From Escherichia coli (GTDB lineage: Bacteria; Pseudomonadota; Gammaproteobacteria; Enterobacterales; Enterobacteriaceae): a stretch of DNA of 64,000 bases. Numbering within the stretch: the stretch's first letter is position 1; every line of letters starts with the position of its first letter. The stretch is from assembly GCF_036507355.1 (NCBI RefSeq), contig NZ_AP027877.1; one strand, 5' to 3'. Below are positions 24,658 through 34,772 of this stretch, piece by piece. The notes below the pieces were generated by a model, which had not been told where the DNA came from, did not search any database, and saw only the letters and a program-made list of their open reading frames with translations. Made by a program: the position numbers and the translations under genes.

Positions 24658-26253
24658 TTAATGAGCCGCTTCAGGCAGGACAAAACCCATCGCCGCATCG
24701 ATAAATAATCTTTCGTCCATCAGTTTGAGTTCTGGCGAAATCACTGGGGTGAAATCCATTTTGTCGAGAATATCTTTTTGTAAATCGACGCCAGGGGCGA
24801 TTTCGATTAAATGCAGGCCGTCTTCTTTCAGCGTGAATACTGCGCGCTCAGTGATATAACGAACATCCAGCCCTCGCTCGAGAGCGATTTTTCCGCTGAA
24901 AGTAATTTCCGGTAGTTCCCGAATAAATTTCTTCACCCGTCCTTCCTGGACGATATTTAATTTGCCGTCGGTAATTTCTGTTTTTAAACTGCCCGCAGTT
25001 AATGTGCCGCAGAAAATGATTTTCTTCGAAGTGGCACTGATATCAATAAATCCACCGGTGCCCATGATTTTACCATTGAATTTATGCACGCCGACGTTAC
25101 CGTGCTGGTCGACTTCAGCAAAACTCAAATAACAAACATCCAGACCACCACCGTGATAAAAATCAAACTGGGACGTCATATCCAGAATGGCACGGGTATT
25201 CACGTTCGCGCCAAAGGCGATACCCTGTGAAGTAATTCCGCCAATCGGACCTGTTTCTACCGTCAGAATAAAGTCATCAGCACAACCTTCTTCCCGGGCG
25301 ACCAGGCCAATGCCGTCAGCAATACCGACGCCGACATTCCCCACCGCGCCTTTACGCATTTCGAATAATGCACGCCGCGCAACTAATTTACGTTGGTTTA
25401 GGGGCAGGCTAAGTTTGGTGCTGTCATCAAGGGTGAAGTCACCAGAAATAAAGCGGTTAACCGGCGCACCGCCATACAGTTGGGTTTGATCCGGATCGAC
25501 CACCACAATATCCACCAGATAACCCGGAATACGGACAGATTTAGGATGCAGCGTGGCTTTCTTAACCATTTTCTGCACCTGCATCATCACAATACCGCCG
25601 TTATTGTGCACCGCCTGGGCAATAACCAATGCGTCGAGATACATCACCTCATCTTCAAAAGTGGCGTAGCCTTCGCTGTCGCAGGTGGTAGCGCGAATGA
25701 AGGCGATATCTGGCGCAATCGCTTTGTAATAGAGATATTCTTTGTTATCAAACTCGACCAGTTTAATCAGGTCTTCTTTAGTGACTTCATTCAGTTTGCC
25801 GCCTTGCTGGCGTGGATCGACAAATGTCCCGATGCCAATATCACTAATAATACCTGGCTGGTGGGCTGCGGCGGCGCGTAAGGTTTGTGTAAGTACACCT
25901 TGTGGATAGTTATAAGCAATAATTTTATTTTGTTCTGCGAGATCAGAAATACGCGGCGATTGTCCCCAGTGACCGCATAATGCCCATTTCACCAGACCTT
26001 CTTGCGCCAGCGGACTAATACCGCGGTCGGCGCGATCGCCAAGCCCTGTTGGACTAATAATCGATAAATTACGTGGCGTTTGAGTCTGTTTATATTTATC
26101 AGCAAGAGCAGTAATTAACGTGGTGGCTTCCAGAATACCGCCGCCAGCGCCTAACACACAAAGTGTTGCTTCGTCGGGAATATAATTCACCGCTTCCTGT
26201 GCCGACAGGACCGGCACTCGTCCATTAATACGAGGTGGTTTTACAGGTTTCAT
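24658..26253 (-). CDS. ydiF: Acetate/acyl CoA-transferase (fused alpha/beta)
   Basis: 531-aa MKPVKPPRINGRVPVLSAQEAVNYIPDEATLCVLGAGGG... Confidence 0.88.
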   Translation of the reverse strand: MKPVKPPRINGRVPVLSAQEAVNYIPDEATLCVLGAGGGILEATTLITALADKYKQTQTPRNLSIISPTGLGDRADRGISPLAQEGLVKWALCGHWGQSPRISDLAEQNKIIAYNYPQGVLTQTLRAAAAHQPGIISDIGIGTFVDPRQQGGKLNEVTKEDLIKLVEFDNKEYLYYKAIAPDIAFIRATTCDSEGYATFEDEVMYLDALVIAQAVHNNGGIVMMQVQKMVKKATLHPKSVRIPGYLVDIVVVDPDQTQLYGGAPVNRFISGDFTLDDSTKLSLPLNQRKLVARRALFEMRKGAVGNVGVGIADGIGLVAREEGCADDFILTVETGPIGGITSQGIAFGANVNTRAILDMTSQFDFYHGGGLDVCYLSFAEVDQHGNVGVHKFNGKIMGTGGFIDISATSKKIIFCGTLTAGSLKTEITDGKLNIVQEGRVKKFIRELPEITFSGKIALERGLDVRYITERAVFTLKEDGLHLIEIAPGVDLQKDILDKMDFTPVISPELKLMDERLFIDAAMGFVLPEAAH

Positions 26254-26396
26254 TGTTAATTCCTGATTCAGGTGTGATTTTCCCTATGCCAGATGGATAA
26301 TTAGCGCACAGAGACTCACGAAATATTTTTATTAAATACGGTTGAATATATTTTTTAGTTCGGCGGGGGAGGATATTCCCGCCGAAATATTATTGC

Positions 26397-27155
26397 TTAT
26401 GCCTGATGTAAAATAGTTAATACTGTGCGCAAATCATTTACCGAGATTTGCCCTGGCGCAGAGGCTTTTTTTACCGCACCAAAAGTTGCCGCCGAGCCAA
26501 ATACTTCACCAGCCAGACGAGAAATTACGCCAGTTTTTGCCATCGACATCGTGATGATTGGACGATCGGCATACTGCTCCTGCATCTCCAGGGTCGCGGC
26601 AAGCAACGTCAGCACATCGCTGGTACTTTGCGGCATCAGCGCAATCTTAGGAATATCGGCGTCGAAGGATTGCATTTTGCGCAGACGGGCAATGATTTCT
26701 TCGGCTTCCGGCGTTTTATGGAAGTCATGGTTGGACATGACAACTTTCACATCATGCGCGTGGGCGTAGGCGACGGTTTCTTTAACCTGATCATCGCCGG
26801 TAAATAACTCCAGATCGATCATATCAACCAGGCCGCTGTCGATGGCTGCACGATTGAGTGCAATATAAGCCTCGGTGGAAATCGCCTGCTCGCCGCCTTC
26901 TTTGGCACTGCGGAAGGTAAACAGCAGCGGTTTTTCTGGCATGGTTTCACGGAGAATTTTTGCCGCCGCCATGACAGACTCCACATTGGAGAGGTCGGCA
27001 AAGTGGTCCACACGCCATTCCAGAATATCAAAGTCCGCTTCACGATAGGCGAGAGCTTCGGATTTCACGCGGGCGATATCTTTCGCCATCAGCGAGACGA
27101 TGATTTTAGGTGCGCCCGTACCAATGACGAGATCTTTTACAGTTACGGTTTTCAT
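26397..27155 (-). CDS. aroD: 3-dehydroquinate dehydratase (type I)
   Basis: 252-aa [39 protein letters not shown]... Confidence 0.93.
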   Translation of the reverse strand: MKTVTVKDLVIGTGAPKIIVSLMAKDIARVKSEALAYREADFDILEWRVDHFADLSNVESVMAAAKILRETMPEKPLLFTFRSAKEGGEQAISTEAYIALNRAAIDSGLVDMIDLELFTGDDQVKETVAYAHAHDVKVVMSNHDFHKTPEAEEIIARLRKMQSFDADIPKIALMPQSTSDVLTLLAATLEMQEQYADRPIITMSMAKTGVISRLAGEVFGSAATFGAVKKASAPGQISVNDLRTVLTILHQA

Positions 27156-27185
27156 TTTTTACCCTTTCTGCACGCGGTCAGCCTG

Positions 27186-28052
27186 TCAGGCACCGAACCC
27201 CATGACCTGTTTAACATATTCCAGAGGGAAATCTTTGCCAGTCCATAACGTGAACTGTTCAGCCCCTTGCCACAACAACATGCCGTATCCATCAATCGTT
27301 TTGCAACCAGCTTGTTGCGCCTGCCGCAATAACTTCGTCATATGCGGGTTATACACGCATTCAGTGACCAGCAGTCCCGGATGTAACAGACTGATATCAT
27401 TAACTAATGATTCATTCTCAAGGGGTTTCATACCCACTTTTGTGCCATTGGTTAAAATGTCGGCGGAAGCCAGGGCTTCAGCAAAGGCTTGCTGATCGGC
27501 GAGATCGGTAACCGTGACGACACAATCGGTGTTTTCGTTAACCCGCTGCGCGAAGGCGAGGGCTTTATCGAAGAACTCATCCCGACGGTTAAAGAGTTTA
27601 ATTTCTTTTAAACCTTCAATTGCCCCCTGCGCGCCAATCGCCGTTGAGGCACCTCCGGCCCCTAACAGCACCATCGTTTTGCCTTTGATATCAAAACCGC
27701 TCTCTTTAATGGCGCGAATATGGCCCGTGCCGTCGGTGTTATAGCCACGCAGATAGCCATCATCATTAACGATGGTGTTGATGGCACCCACCAGTTTGGC
27801 TGCTGGCGTTAATTCATCAACATATTCACACGCCAGTTGTTTGTTCGGCATTGATACGCCAGTTCCGCGCATTTTTAGAGCTTTTAATCCTTCAATTGCT
27901 CCGGGAAAGCTATCGTTATCCACTTCGAAGGCCATATAGGTAAATGGCAATCCCGCTTTTTCTAAGGCTTTATTCTGCATTTCAGGCGATAAACTGTGGC
28001 GGATAGGATAAGCCATCAACCCAATCAATTCGTATTTTGCGGTAACATCCAT
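27186..28052 (-). CDS. ydiB: Quinate/shikimate dehydrogenase
   Basis: 288-aa [39 protein letters not shown]... Confidence 0.92.
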   Translation of the reverse strand: MDVTAKYELIGLMAYPIRHSLSPEMQNKALEKAGLPFTYMAFEVDNDSFPGAIEGLKALKMRGTGVSMPNKQLACEYVDELTPAAKLVGAINTIVNDDGYLRGYNTDGTGHIRAIKESGFDIKGKTMVLLGAGGASTAIGAQGAIEGLKEIKLFNRRDEFFDKALAFAQRVNENTDCVVTVTDLADQQAFAEALASADILTNGTKVGMKPLENESLVNDISLLHPGLLVTECVYNPHMTKLLRQAQQAGCKTIDGYGMLLWQGAEQFTLWTGKDFPLEYVKQVMGFGA

Positions 28053-28063
28053 AATTAACTCCT

Positions 28064-29065
28064 TTAACCTCTATGCTTAATTGTGTTTAACCGGGTGCTA
28101 AATTTGCGCTCGCCAAACCGCACATCATTCTCAGGAATAATAAAAACGCGGTAATAGCGGATAAAAACAATAATTGCGGTAATCAGGGCCAGCAGCGCGA
28201 AAGTAAAATCGAGAACAATGATATATTGCAGGCCGATGTTCGACAGATAACCGGTAATCAGCGGAATAACAAAGTTAGCCAGTCCACCCATCATCATATA
28301 AATACTGGTGACTTTGGCTTTGCTTTTTGGGAAAAACTCTGACATGACCGAAACACCGAGCTGTAAAATGCCGCCAGCTGCTGAGAAACCGATAACAAAG
28401 GCGCCGGCATTACACACCAGTGGAGAAGGGTACAGGTAGATAATGGCTGCTGTTATTGTTGCCAGTGCAGAGTTAAATACATTAGCCCAGATGGGCCGGA
28501 CCATTTTTTTCAGTAGTGCGGCAAAAATAAAGACACAGACCAACGAGCCCATACTGTAATAAGAGATGGTTTTTAATGCCTCAGCTTCTGACATACCAGC
28601 AAAAGCCATCGCATATTTGGGCATCCACACCACAATCACATAAAAGGTCGAGAATGCGGCTACACCGAACAGTACCGATGAAACACCTTCCAGCCAGACT
28701 AACGGTTTGCTGTTCATTTGCGGTAATTCATTAGCTACGCTGGCGTCCACCAACTGGCTGGGGAATTTGCTTTTCAACAGCATCAGCGTGATCAGTACAA
28801 ACAGAATACCCGGAATAATCAGCCCATAGCCGTACCAGATATTATTGAGCAACATATAGCTCACCAGCATTGGGTAGAACATTTGCCCGAATGACACCAT
28901 CGCTTTAACCAGTATGACCGCCGAACCAGAGGCTTTCGGAAAGCATTCCATGAGCGCGGGGTAGCCACCCGTATCCAGCGCTGAGTTAGCGATACCTACG
29001 CACACTGCCAGACCGTAGGCGAGAGTTAAATTCGGGCAAGCGGGAATACCAAAGAAGAATAGCAG
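28064..29065 (-). pseudogene. ydiN: MFS transporter ydiN, 5'-truncated by IS1 (C-terminal ~330 codons remain)
   Basis: The MFS reading frame runs without a stop straight into the IS1 left end at 29066 (...LLFFFGIPACPNLTLAYGLAVCVGIANSAL...); the track 'start' at 29005 is an internal GTG. Confidence 0.8.
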
Positions 29066-29120
29066 GGTGATGCTGCCAACTTACTGATTTAGTGTATGAT
29101 GGTGTTTTTGAGGTGCTCCA

Positions 29121-29396
29121 GTGGCTTCTGTTTCTATCAGCTGTCCCTCCTGTTCAGCTACTGACGGGGTGGTGCGTAACGGCAAAAGCACCGCCGGACA
29201 TCAGCGCTATCTCTGCTCTCACTGCCGTAAAACATGGCAACTGCAGTTCACTTACACCGCTTCTCAACCCGGTACGCACCAGAAAATCATTGATATGGCC
29301 ATGAATGGCGTTGGATGCCGGGCAACAGCCCGCATTATGGGCGTTGGCCTCAACACGATTTTACGTCACTTAAAAAACTCAGGCCGCAGTCGGTAA
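29121..29396 (+). CDS. insA: IS1 InsA
   Basis: 91-aa [43 protein letters not shown]... Confidence 0.95.
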
Positions 29397-29818
29397 CCTC
29401 GCGCATACAGCCGGGCAGTGACGTCATCGTCTGCGCGGAAATGGACGAACAGTGGGGCTATGTCGGGGCTAAATCGCGCCAGCGCTGGCTGTTTTACGCG
29501 TATGACAGGCTCCGGAAGACGGTTGTTGCGCACGTATTCGGTGAACGCACGATGGCGACGCTGGGGCGTCTTATGAGCCTGCTGTCACCCTTTGACGTGG
29601 TGATATGGATGACGGATGGCTGGCCGCTGTATGAATCCCGCCTGAAGGGAAAGCTGCACGTAATCAGCAAGCGATATACGCAGCGAATTGAGCGGCATAA
29701 CCTGAATCTGAGGCAGCACCTGGCACGGCTGGGACGGAAGTCGCTGTCGTTCTCAAAATCGGTGGAGCTGCATGACAAAGTCATCGGGCATTATCTGAAC
29801 ATAAAACACTATCAATAA
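29315..29818 (+). CDS. insB: IS1 InsB frame, expressed as the InsAB' transposase by -1 frameshift
   Basis: InsB reading frame; A6 slippery run at 29372-29377 inside the insA 3' end. The 5' boundary is frame-defined only. Confidence 0.85.
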
Positions 29819-29924
29819 GTTGGAGTCATTACCCAGCTTGCTGACGGCTTGAAGAGAGTCACAGTATCTTGTGCAACATTATTGGAAAGAGTGAGGGGCG
29901 AGGTAGCGAAGCGGAAAAATGTTA

Positions 29925-30029
29925 AAAAAAAGCCCATCGTGGGAGATGGGCAAAGACTACACACAGCAATTCGTTGTTTCACTCAGGGGATTTCCATGCT
30001 TATAAATCAATATGTTGATTTATAACCGT
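29925..30029 (-). ncRNA. rprA: Small RNA RprA (positive regulator of rpoS translation)
   Basis: Minus strand ACGGTTATAAATCAACATATTGATTTATAAGCATGGAAATCCCC...CCCACGATGGGCTTTTTTTT recognised as RprA, with -10 TACTAT at 30036-30041 and an intrinsic terminator. Confidence 0.85.
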
Positions 30030-30064
30030 GAGCTAATAGTAGGCATACGGACTTTTTGCGTCGA

Positions 30065-30078
30065 TCAGATTCGTCTCA
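30065..30078 (-). promoter_or_regulatory. RcsB box upstream of rprA
   Basis: Minus strand TGAGACGAATCTGA, about 36-49 nt upstream of the RprA 5' end. Confidence 0.6.
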
Positions 30079-30214
30079 TTAGTTTAAAAACTGTAAAGAA
30101 TTTGCGACAGGTACTACCAGCTGAATGGCGGTACGCAGGAAAATATGGGGAAGAGCAAGCAAATATCAATTAGCGGTGGTTAACAATCAGGCGGCAGAGC
30201 CGCCTGATGAGAAA

Positions 30215-31327
30215 TTACTTATTCGGTTTCTCGATTTCGCCAAGTTCTTCGAGAATTTCTTCCGGTTGGTCCGTCGGCGGCGGGACTTCTTCCACCCACG
30301 CGGCAAACAGACGCCAGGAAACGGCTAACAGAACCGGACCAATAAACAGACCGATCATCCCGAAAGCAATCAAACCACCAATAACGCCAGAGAGGATCAG
30401 GATCAGCGGTAAATCGGCACCCATGCGAATTAACATTGGGCGGATGACGTTATCCAGCGTGCCAACCACACCGCTCCACACTAACAATACCGTTCCCCAG
30501 GTGGTATCGCCGGTCCAGTAGAGCCAGATAATCGCCGGAATCAGTACCGGCAACGGGCCAAGCTGGACAAGGCAGGAGAGGATCATTAACACCGTTAGCA
30601 ACGTTGCATAAGGTACGCCGGATACGGCGAGGCCGATACCGCCAAGCACTGCCTGTACTAACGCCGTCACCACCACACCCAGCGCCACCGCGCGGATAGC
30701 CTGTGCCGCCAGCAGCACGGCGGCATCTCCGCGAACGCCTGCCAGACGGGTTGCAAAATGGCGAATGCCTTGTGCCACCTGTTCACCGCGCCAGTACAGC
30801 AGGGCACTGAAGAGAAGCATCAGCGCACAATGCACCATAAAGCGCCCGATATGCGCCGCTTGCCCAACGAACCAGGTGGTGGTGGTGCCAATATAAGGGC
30901 GGACTTTCGCCATGATCGCCGTCCCCCCCATATCCAGCAAGTTGTGCCAGCCTGCATATAGCTTCGCGCCAATCACCGGAATGGTATTAAGCCACGCCAG
31001 ATCGGGTAACGTCATGTCACCGCTGGAAATGGCTTTAATTAGCGGGCCGCTGCCGTCGACGATACTGTTAACCAGCAAAGCAATAGGGATGATAAACACC
31101 ATCACTAATAACAGTGTCATCACCAGAACGGCGAGAGAGCGGCGGCCAAACATGATCTTTTGCAAACGTAACAATACCGGCCAGGTGGCGATAACCACCG
31201 TACCGGCCCATGCAAAGCCGAGAATAAAGGGTTGAACAATCCACAGACATGCCACAATCATGATGGCTAAAAACAGCACCGAAAGCAGAATTTGTGCGAC
31301 ATCCCTGGGCTGACGAACATTTACCAT
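30215..31327 (-). CDS. ydiK: AI-2E (PerM)-family membrane transporter
   Basis: 370-aa polytopic membrane protein MVNVRQPRDVAQILLSVLFLAIMIVACLWIV... Confidence 0.9.
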   Translation of the reverse strand: MVNVRQPRDVAQILLSVLFLAIMIVACLWIVQPFILGFAWAGTVVIATWPVLLRLQKIMFGRRSLAVLVMTLLLVMVFIIPIALLVNSIVDGSGPLIKAISSGDMTLPDLAWLNTIPVIGAKLYAGWHNLLDMGGTAIMAKVRPYIGTTTTWFVGQAAHIGRFMVHCALMLLFSALLYWRGEQVAQGIRHFATRLAGVRGDAAVLLAAQAIRAVALGVVVTALVQAVLGGIGLAVSGVPYATLLTVLMILSCLVQLGPLPVLIPAIIWLYWTGDTTWGTVLLVWSGVVGTLDNVIRPMLIRMGADLPLILILSGVIGGLIAFGMIGLFIGPVLLAVSWRLFAAWVEEVPPPTDQPEEILEELGEIEKPNK

Positions 31328-31715
31328 AACTACTTTTCACCTTTTTTGTGCGTCAAATCGTCGACGCGACGTGAACACGCGAAACTCACCTGCATAATGA
31401 TGAGCAATTTCAGCGGTTTTTAACAGGCCGATTCTGCCCTTAATTCTGATGGGCGTGTTAGAAAAAAATGTGGTACAACAACTCAGGCAACACGCAAACG
31501 ATTTACTCGTCGTATTTCAAGTTGCATATGCTGCGGCTACGTTCGTTCACCCCAGTTACTTACTGTTGTAAGCTCCTGGAGTTCACTCGCTTGCCGCCTT
31601 CCTGCAACTCGAAATCCATAGAGTAAATAAACATCACCTTTCTGTGCGCTATTGCAGCCGCCTGAAAGAACAGTGTATCGACCTACATCACAGACCGCAG
31701 GAAAGGGTCAATATA

Positions 31716-34700
31716 ATGATTCCACAGATTTCCCAGGCACCCGGCGTCGTTCAACTGGTGCTTAATTTTTTGCAAGAGCTGGAGCAACAAGGTTTTACCG
31801 GCGATACGGCGACAAGTTATGCCGATCGTCTGACAATGTCGACCGACAACAGTATTTACCAACTTCTCCCCGATGCGGTGGTATTTCCGCGTTCAACCGC
31901 AGATGTGGCGCTGATCGCCCGTCTTGCCGCGCAGGAACGCTATTCATCGCTGATCTTTACCCCCCGCGGCGGCGGCACCGGCACTAACGGTCAGGCGCTC
32001 AACCAGGGGATTATTGTTGATATGTCCCGCCATATGAACCGCATCATCGAAATTAACCCTGAAGAGGGCTGGGTGCGCGTTGAGGCCGGGGTGATAAAAG
32101 ACCAACTCAATCAGTACCTGAAACCGTTCGGCTACTTTTTTGCGCCGGAACTTTCGACCAGCAACCGGGCAACGCTCGGTGGGATGATCAATACCGATGC
32201 ATCCGGTCAGGGATCGCTGGTCTATGGCAAAACGTCAGATCACGTACTTGGCGTACGCGCGGTATTGTTGGGGGGCGATATTCTCGATACGCAACCTTTA
32301 CCCGTCGAGCTGGCGGAAACGCTGGGTAAATCCAATACCACAATCGGGCGAATTTATAACACGGTTTATCAACGTTGCCGTCAGCAACGCCAGTTAATCA
32401 TCGACAACTTCCCCAAACTTAACCGCTTTCTTACCGGTTACGATCTGCGTCATGTCTTTAACGATGAGATGACCGAGTTCGATCTGACGCGCATTCTGAC
32501 GGGTTCAGAAGGGACGCTGGCCTTTATTACCGAAGCGCGGCTGGATATTACGCGCTTGCCTAAAGTGCGCCGTCTGGTGAACGTCAAATATGACTCTTTT
32601 GACTCTGCGCTGCGTAACGCGCCGTTTATGGTTGAGGCGCGGGCGCTTTCGGTAGAGACGGTGGACTCAAAAGTGCTGAATCTGGCGCGGGAAGATATTG
32701 TCTGGCATTCCGTCAGCGAGTTGATTACCGATGTGCCTGACAAAGAGATGCTCGGGCTGAACATTGTGGAATTTGCTGGTGATGATGAGGCGCTGATTGA
32801 TGAGCGGGTAAATGCACTCTGTGCGCGGTTGGATGAGCTGATCGCCAGTCATCAAGCAGGTGTCATCGGCTGGCAGGTGTGCCGTGAGCTGGCGGGGGTT
32901 GAACGTATCTATGCAATGCGCAAAAAAGCCGTTGGTCTGCTTGGCAATGCCAAAGGTGCCGCTAAGCCAATTCCGTTTGCTGAGGATACCTGCGTACCGC
33001 CGGAACATCTGGCCGATTATATTGCTGAATTTCGCGCGCTGCTCGACAGCCACGGCTTAAGTTATGGCATGTTTGGTCATGTCGATGCTGGGGTGTTGCA
33101 CGTCCGTCCGGCGCTGGATATGTGCGATCCACAACAAGAGATTTTGATGAAGCAAATCTCTGATGACGTGGTTGCGCTGACTGCGAAATACGGTGGTTTG
33201 TTGTGGGGCGAACACGGAAAAGGTTTTCGTGCCGAATACAGCCCGGCGTTTTTTGGGGAGGAACTTTTTGCAGAACTGCGCAAAGTGAAAGCGGCATTTG
33301 ACCCGCATAACCGACTCAACCCAGGGAAGATTTGCCCGCCAGAAGGTCTCGATGCGCCGATGATGAAAGTGGACGCGGTGAAGCGCGGTACATTCGATCG
33401 GCAGATCCCCATTGCGGTACGCCAGCAGTGGCGCGGTGCGATGGAGTGTAACGGCAACGGTTTATGCTTCAACTTTGATGCCCGTAGTCCGATGTGTCCG
33501 TCGATGAAGATCACCCAGAACCGGATTCATTCACCGAAAGGGCGCGCAACGCTGGTGCGTGAATGGCTGCGTTTGTTGGCGGATCGCGGCGTTGACCCAC
33601 TCAAACTGGAACAAGAACTGCCTGAATCCGGCGTCAGTTTGCGGACGTTAATTGCCCGCACGCGCAATAGCTGGCATGCGAATAAAGGCGAATATGACTT
33701 CTCACACGAAGTCAAAGAGGCGATGTCGGGCTGTCTGGCCTGTAAAGCGTGTTCGACCCAGTGCCCCATCAAAATTGATGTGCCGGAGTTTCGCTCTCGT
33801 TTTCTGCAGCTCTATCACACCCGTTATTTACGCCCGCTGCGCGACCACCTCGTCGCTACGGTCGAGAGCTACGCGCCGCTGATGGCACGCGCGCCGAAAA
33901 CCTTTAACTTCTTCATTAACCAGCCGCTGATGCGCAAACTCTCGGAAAAACATATCGGCATGGTTGATTTGCCGCTGCTGTCGGTCCCCTCGCTACAACA
34001 ACAAATGGTGGGGCATCGCTCGGCAAACATGACGCTGGAACAGCTTGAAGCTCTCAATGCAGAGCAGAAAGCGCGCACGGTGTTGGTGGTGCAGGACCCC
34101 TTTACCAGCTATTACGATGCGCAAGTGGTGGCGGATTTTGTCCGTCTGGTCGAAAAATTAGGTTTCCAGCCTGTGTTACTGCCATTTTCGCCAAATGGCA
34201 AAGCCCAGCATATTAAAGGTTTTCTTAATCGTTTTGCGAAGACGGCGAAAAAGACGGCGGATTTCCTCAACCGTATGGCGAAGCTGGGTATGCCAATGGT
34301 AGGCGTCGATCCGGCGCTGGTACTTTGTTATCGCGATGAATATAAACTGGCACTGGGCGAGGAACGTGGCGAGTTTAACGTCTTACTGGCGAATGAATGG
34401 CTGGCAAGCGCACTTGAGTCACAGCCAGTGGCTACAGTCAGCGGTGAATCATGGTATTTCTTTGGTCACTGTACCGAAGTTACCGCCTTGCCGGGTGCGC
34501 CAGCACAATGGGCCGCGATATTTGCCCGTTTTGGCGCGAAACTGGAAAATGTCAGCGTGGGTTGCTGCGGCATGGCAGGGACTTACGGACATGAAGCGAA
34601 AAACCATAAAAATTCGCTCGGGATCTATGAGTTATCCTGGCATCAGGCTATGCAGCGACTGCCGCGTAACCGCTGTCTGGCGACCGGATATTCCTGCCGT

Positions 34701-34772
34701 AGTCAGGTCAAACGGGTTGAAGGCACGGGGGTACGCCATCCTGTGCAGGCTTTACTGGAGATTATTAAATGA
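31716..34772 (+). CDS. ydiJ: FAD-linked oxidoreductase with Fe-S domain (D-2-hydroxyglutarate dehydrogenase-like)
   Basis: 1018 aa from MIPQISQAPGVVQLV...; track ORF extends 24 codons upstream. Confidence 0.85.
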   Translation: MIPQISQAPGVVQLVLNFLQELEQQGFTGDTATSYADRLTMSTDNSIYQLLPDAVVFPRSTADVALIARLAAQERYSSLIFTPRGGGTGTNGQALNQGIIVDMSRHMNRIIEINPEEGWVRVEAGVIKDQLNQYLKPFGYFFAPELSTSNRATLGGMINTDASGQGSLVYGKTSDHVLGVRAVLLGGDILDTQPLPVELAETLGKSNTTIGRIYNTVYQRCRQQRQLIIDNFPKLNRFLTGYDLRHVFNDEMTEFDLTRILTGSEGTLAFITEARLDITRLPKVRRLVNVKYDSFDSALRNAPFMVEARALSVETVDSKVLNLAREDIVWHSVSELITDVPDKEMLGLNIVEFAGDDEALIDERVNALCARLDELIASHQAGVIGWQVCRELAGVERIYAMRKKAVGLLGNAKGAAKPIPFAEDTCVPPEHLADYIAEFRALLDSHGLSYGMFGHVDAGVLHVRPALDMCDPQQEILMKQISDDVVALTAKYGGLLWGEHGKGFRAEYSPAFFGEELFAELRKVKAAFDPHNRLNPGKICPPEGLDAPMMKVDAVKRGTFDRQIPIAVRQQWRGAMECNGNGLCFNFDARSPMCPSMKITQNRIHSPKGRATLVREWLRLLADRGVDPLKLEQELPESGVSLRTLIARTRNSWHANKGEYDFSHEVKEAMSGCLACKACSTQCPIKIDVPEFRSRFLQLYHTRYLRPLRDHLVATVESYAPLMARAPKTFNFFINQPLMRKLSEKHIGMVDLPLLSVPSLQQQMVGHRSANMTLEQLEALNAEQKARTVLVVQDPFTSYYDAQVVADFVRLVEKLGFQPVLLPFSPNGKAQHIKGFLNRFAKTAKKTADFLNRMAKLGMPMVGVDPALVLCYRDEYKLALGEERGEFNVLLANEWLASALESQPVATVSGESWYFFGHCTEVTALPGAPAQWAAIFARFGAKLENVSVGCCGMAGTYGHEAKNHKNSLGIYELSWHQAMQRLPRNRCLATGYSCRSQVKRVEGTGVRHPVQALLEIIK

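Larger units (their letters stand above)
29066..29833 (+). mobile_element. Complete IS1 element (768 bp), no flanking target-site duplication
   Basis: Ends GGTGATGCTGCCAACTTACTGATTTAGTG... and ...AAGTTGGAGTCATTACC with insA and insB inside; the 9-bp flanks differ (gaatagcag vs cagcttgct). Confidence 0.95.

Noticed and set aside
26359-26386. Hairpin ttcggcggg...cccgccgaa between aroD and ydiF, considered as a terminator.
   Set aside because: No U tract on either strand; it may be a structural or processing element but cannot be called a terminator from sequence alone.
29057-29842. Looked for an 8-9 bp target-site duplication flanking IS1, which would indicate a simple insertion.
   Set aside because: The flanks (gaatagcag and cagcttgct) share no direct repeat, so simple insertion was rejected in favour of an IS1-associated deletion or rearrangement.
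29834-29924. Minus-strand ATG reading MGFFLTFFRFATSPLTLSNNVAQDTVTLFKPSAS into the IS1 end, considered as a possible ydiL 5' remnant.
   Set aside because: The ATG lies inside the RprA terminator U tract, has no RBS, and the peptide is not recognisable; more likely non-coding spacer downstream of rprA.
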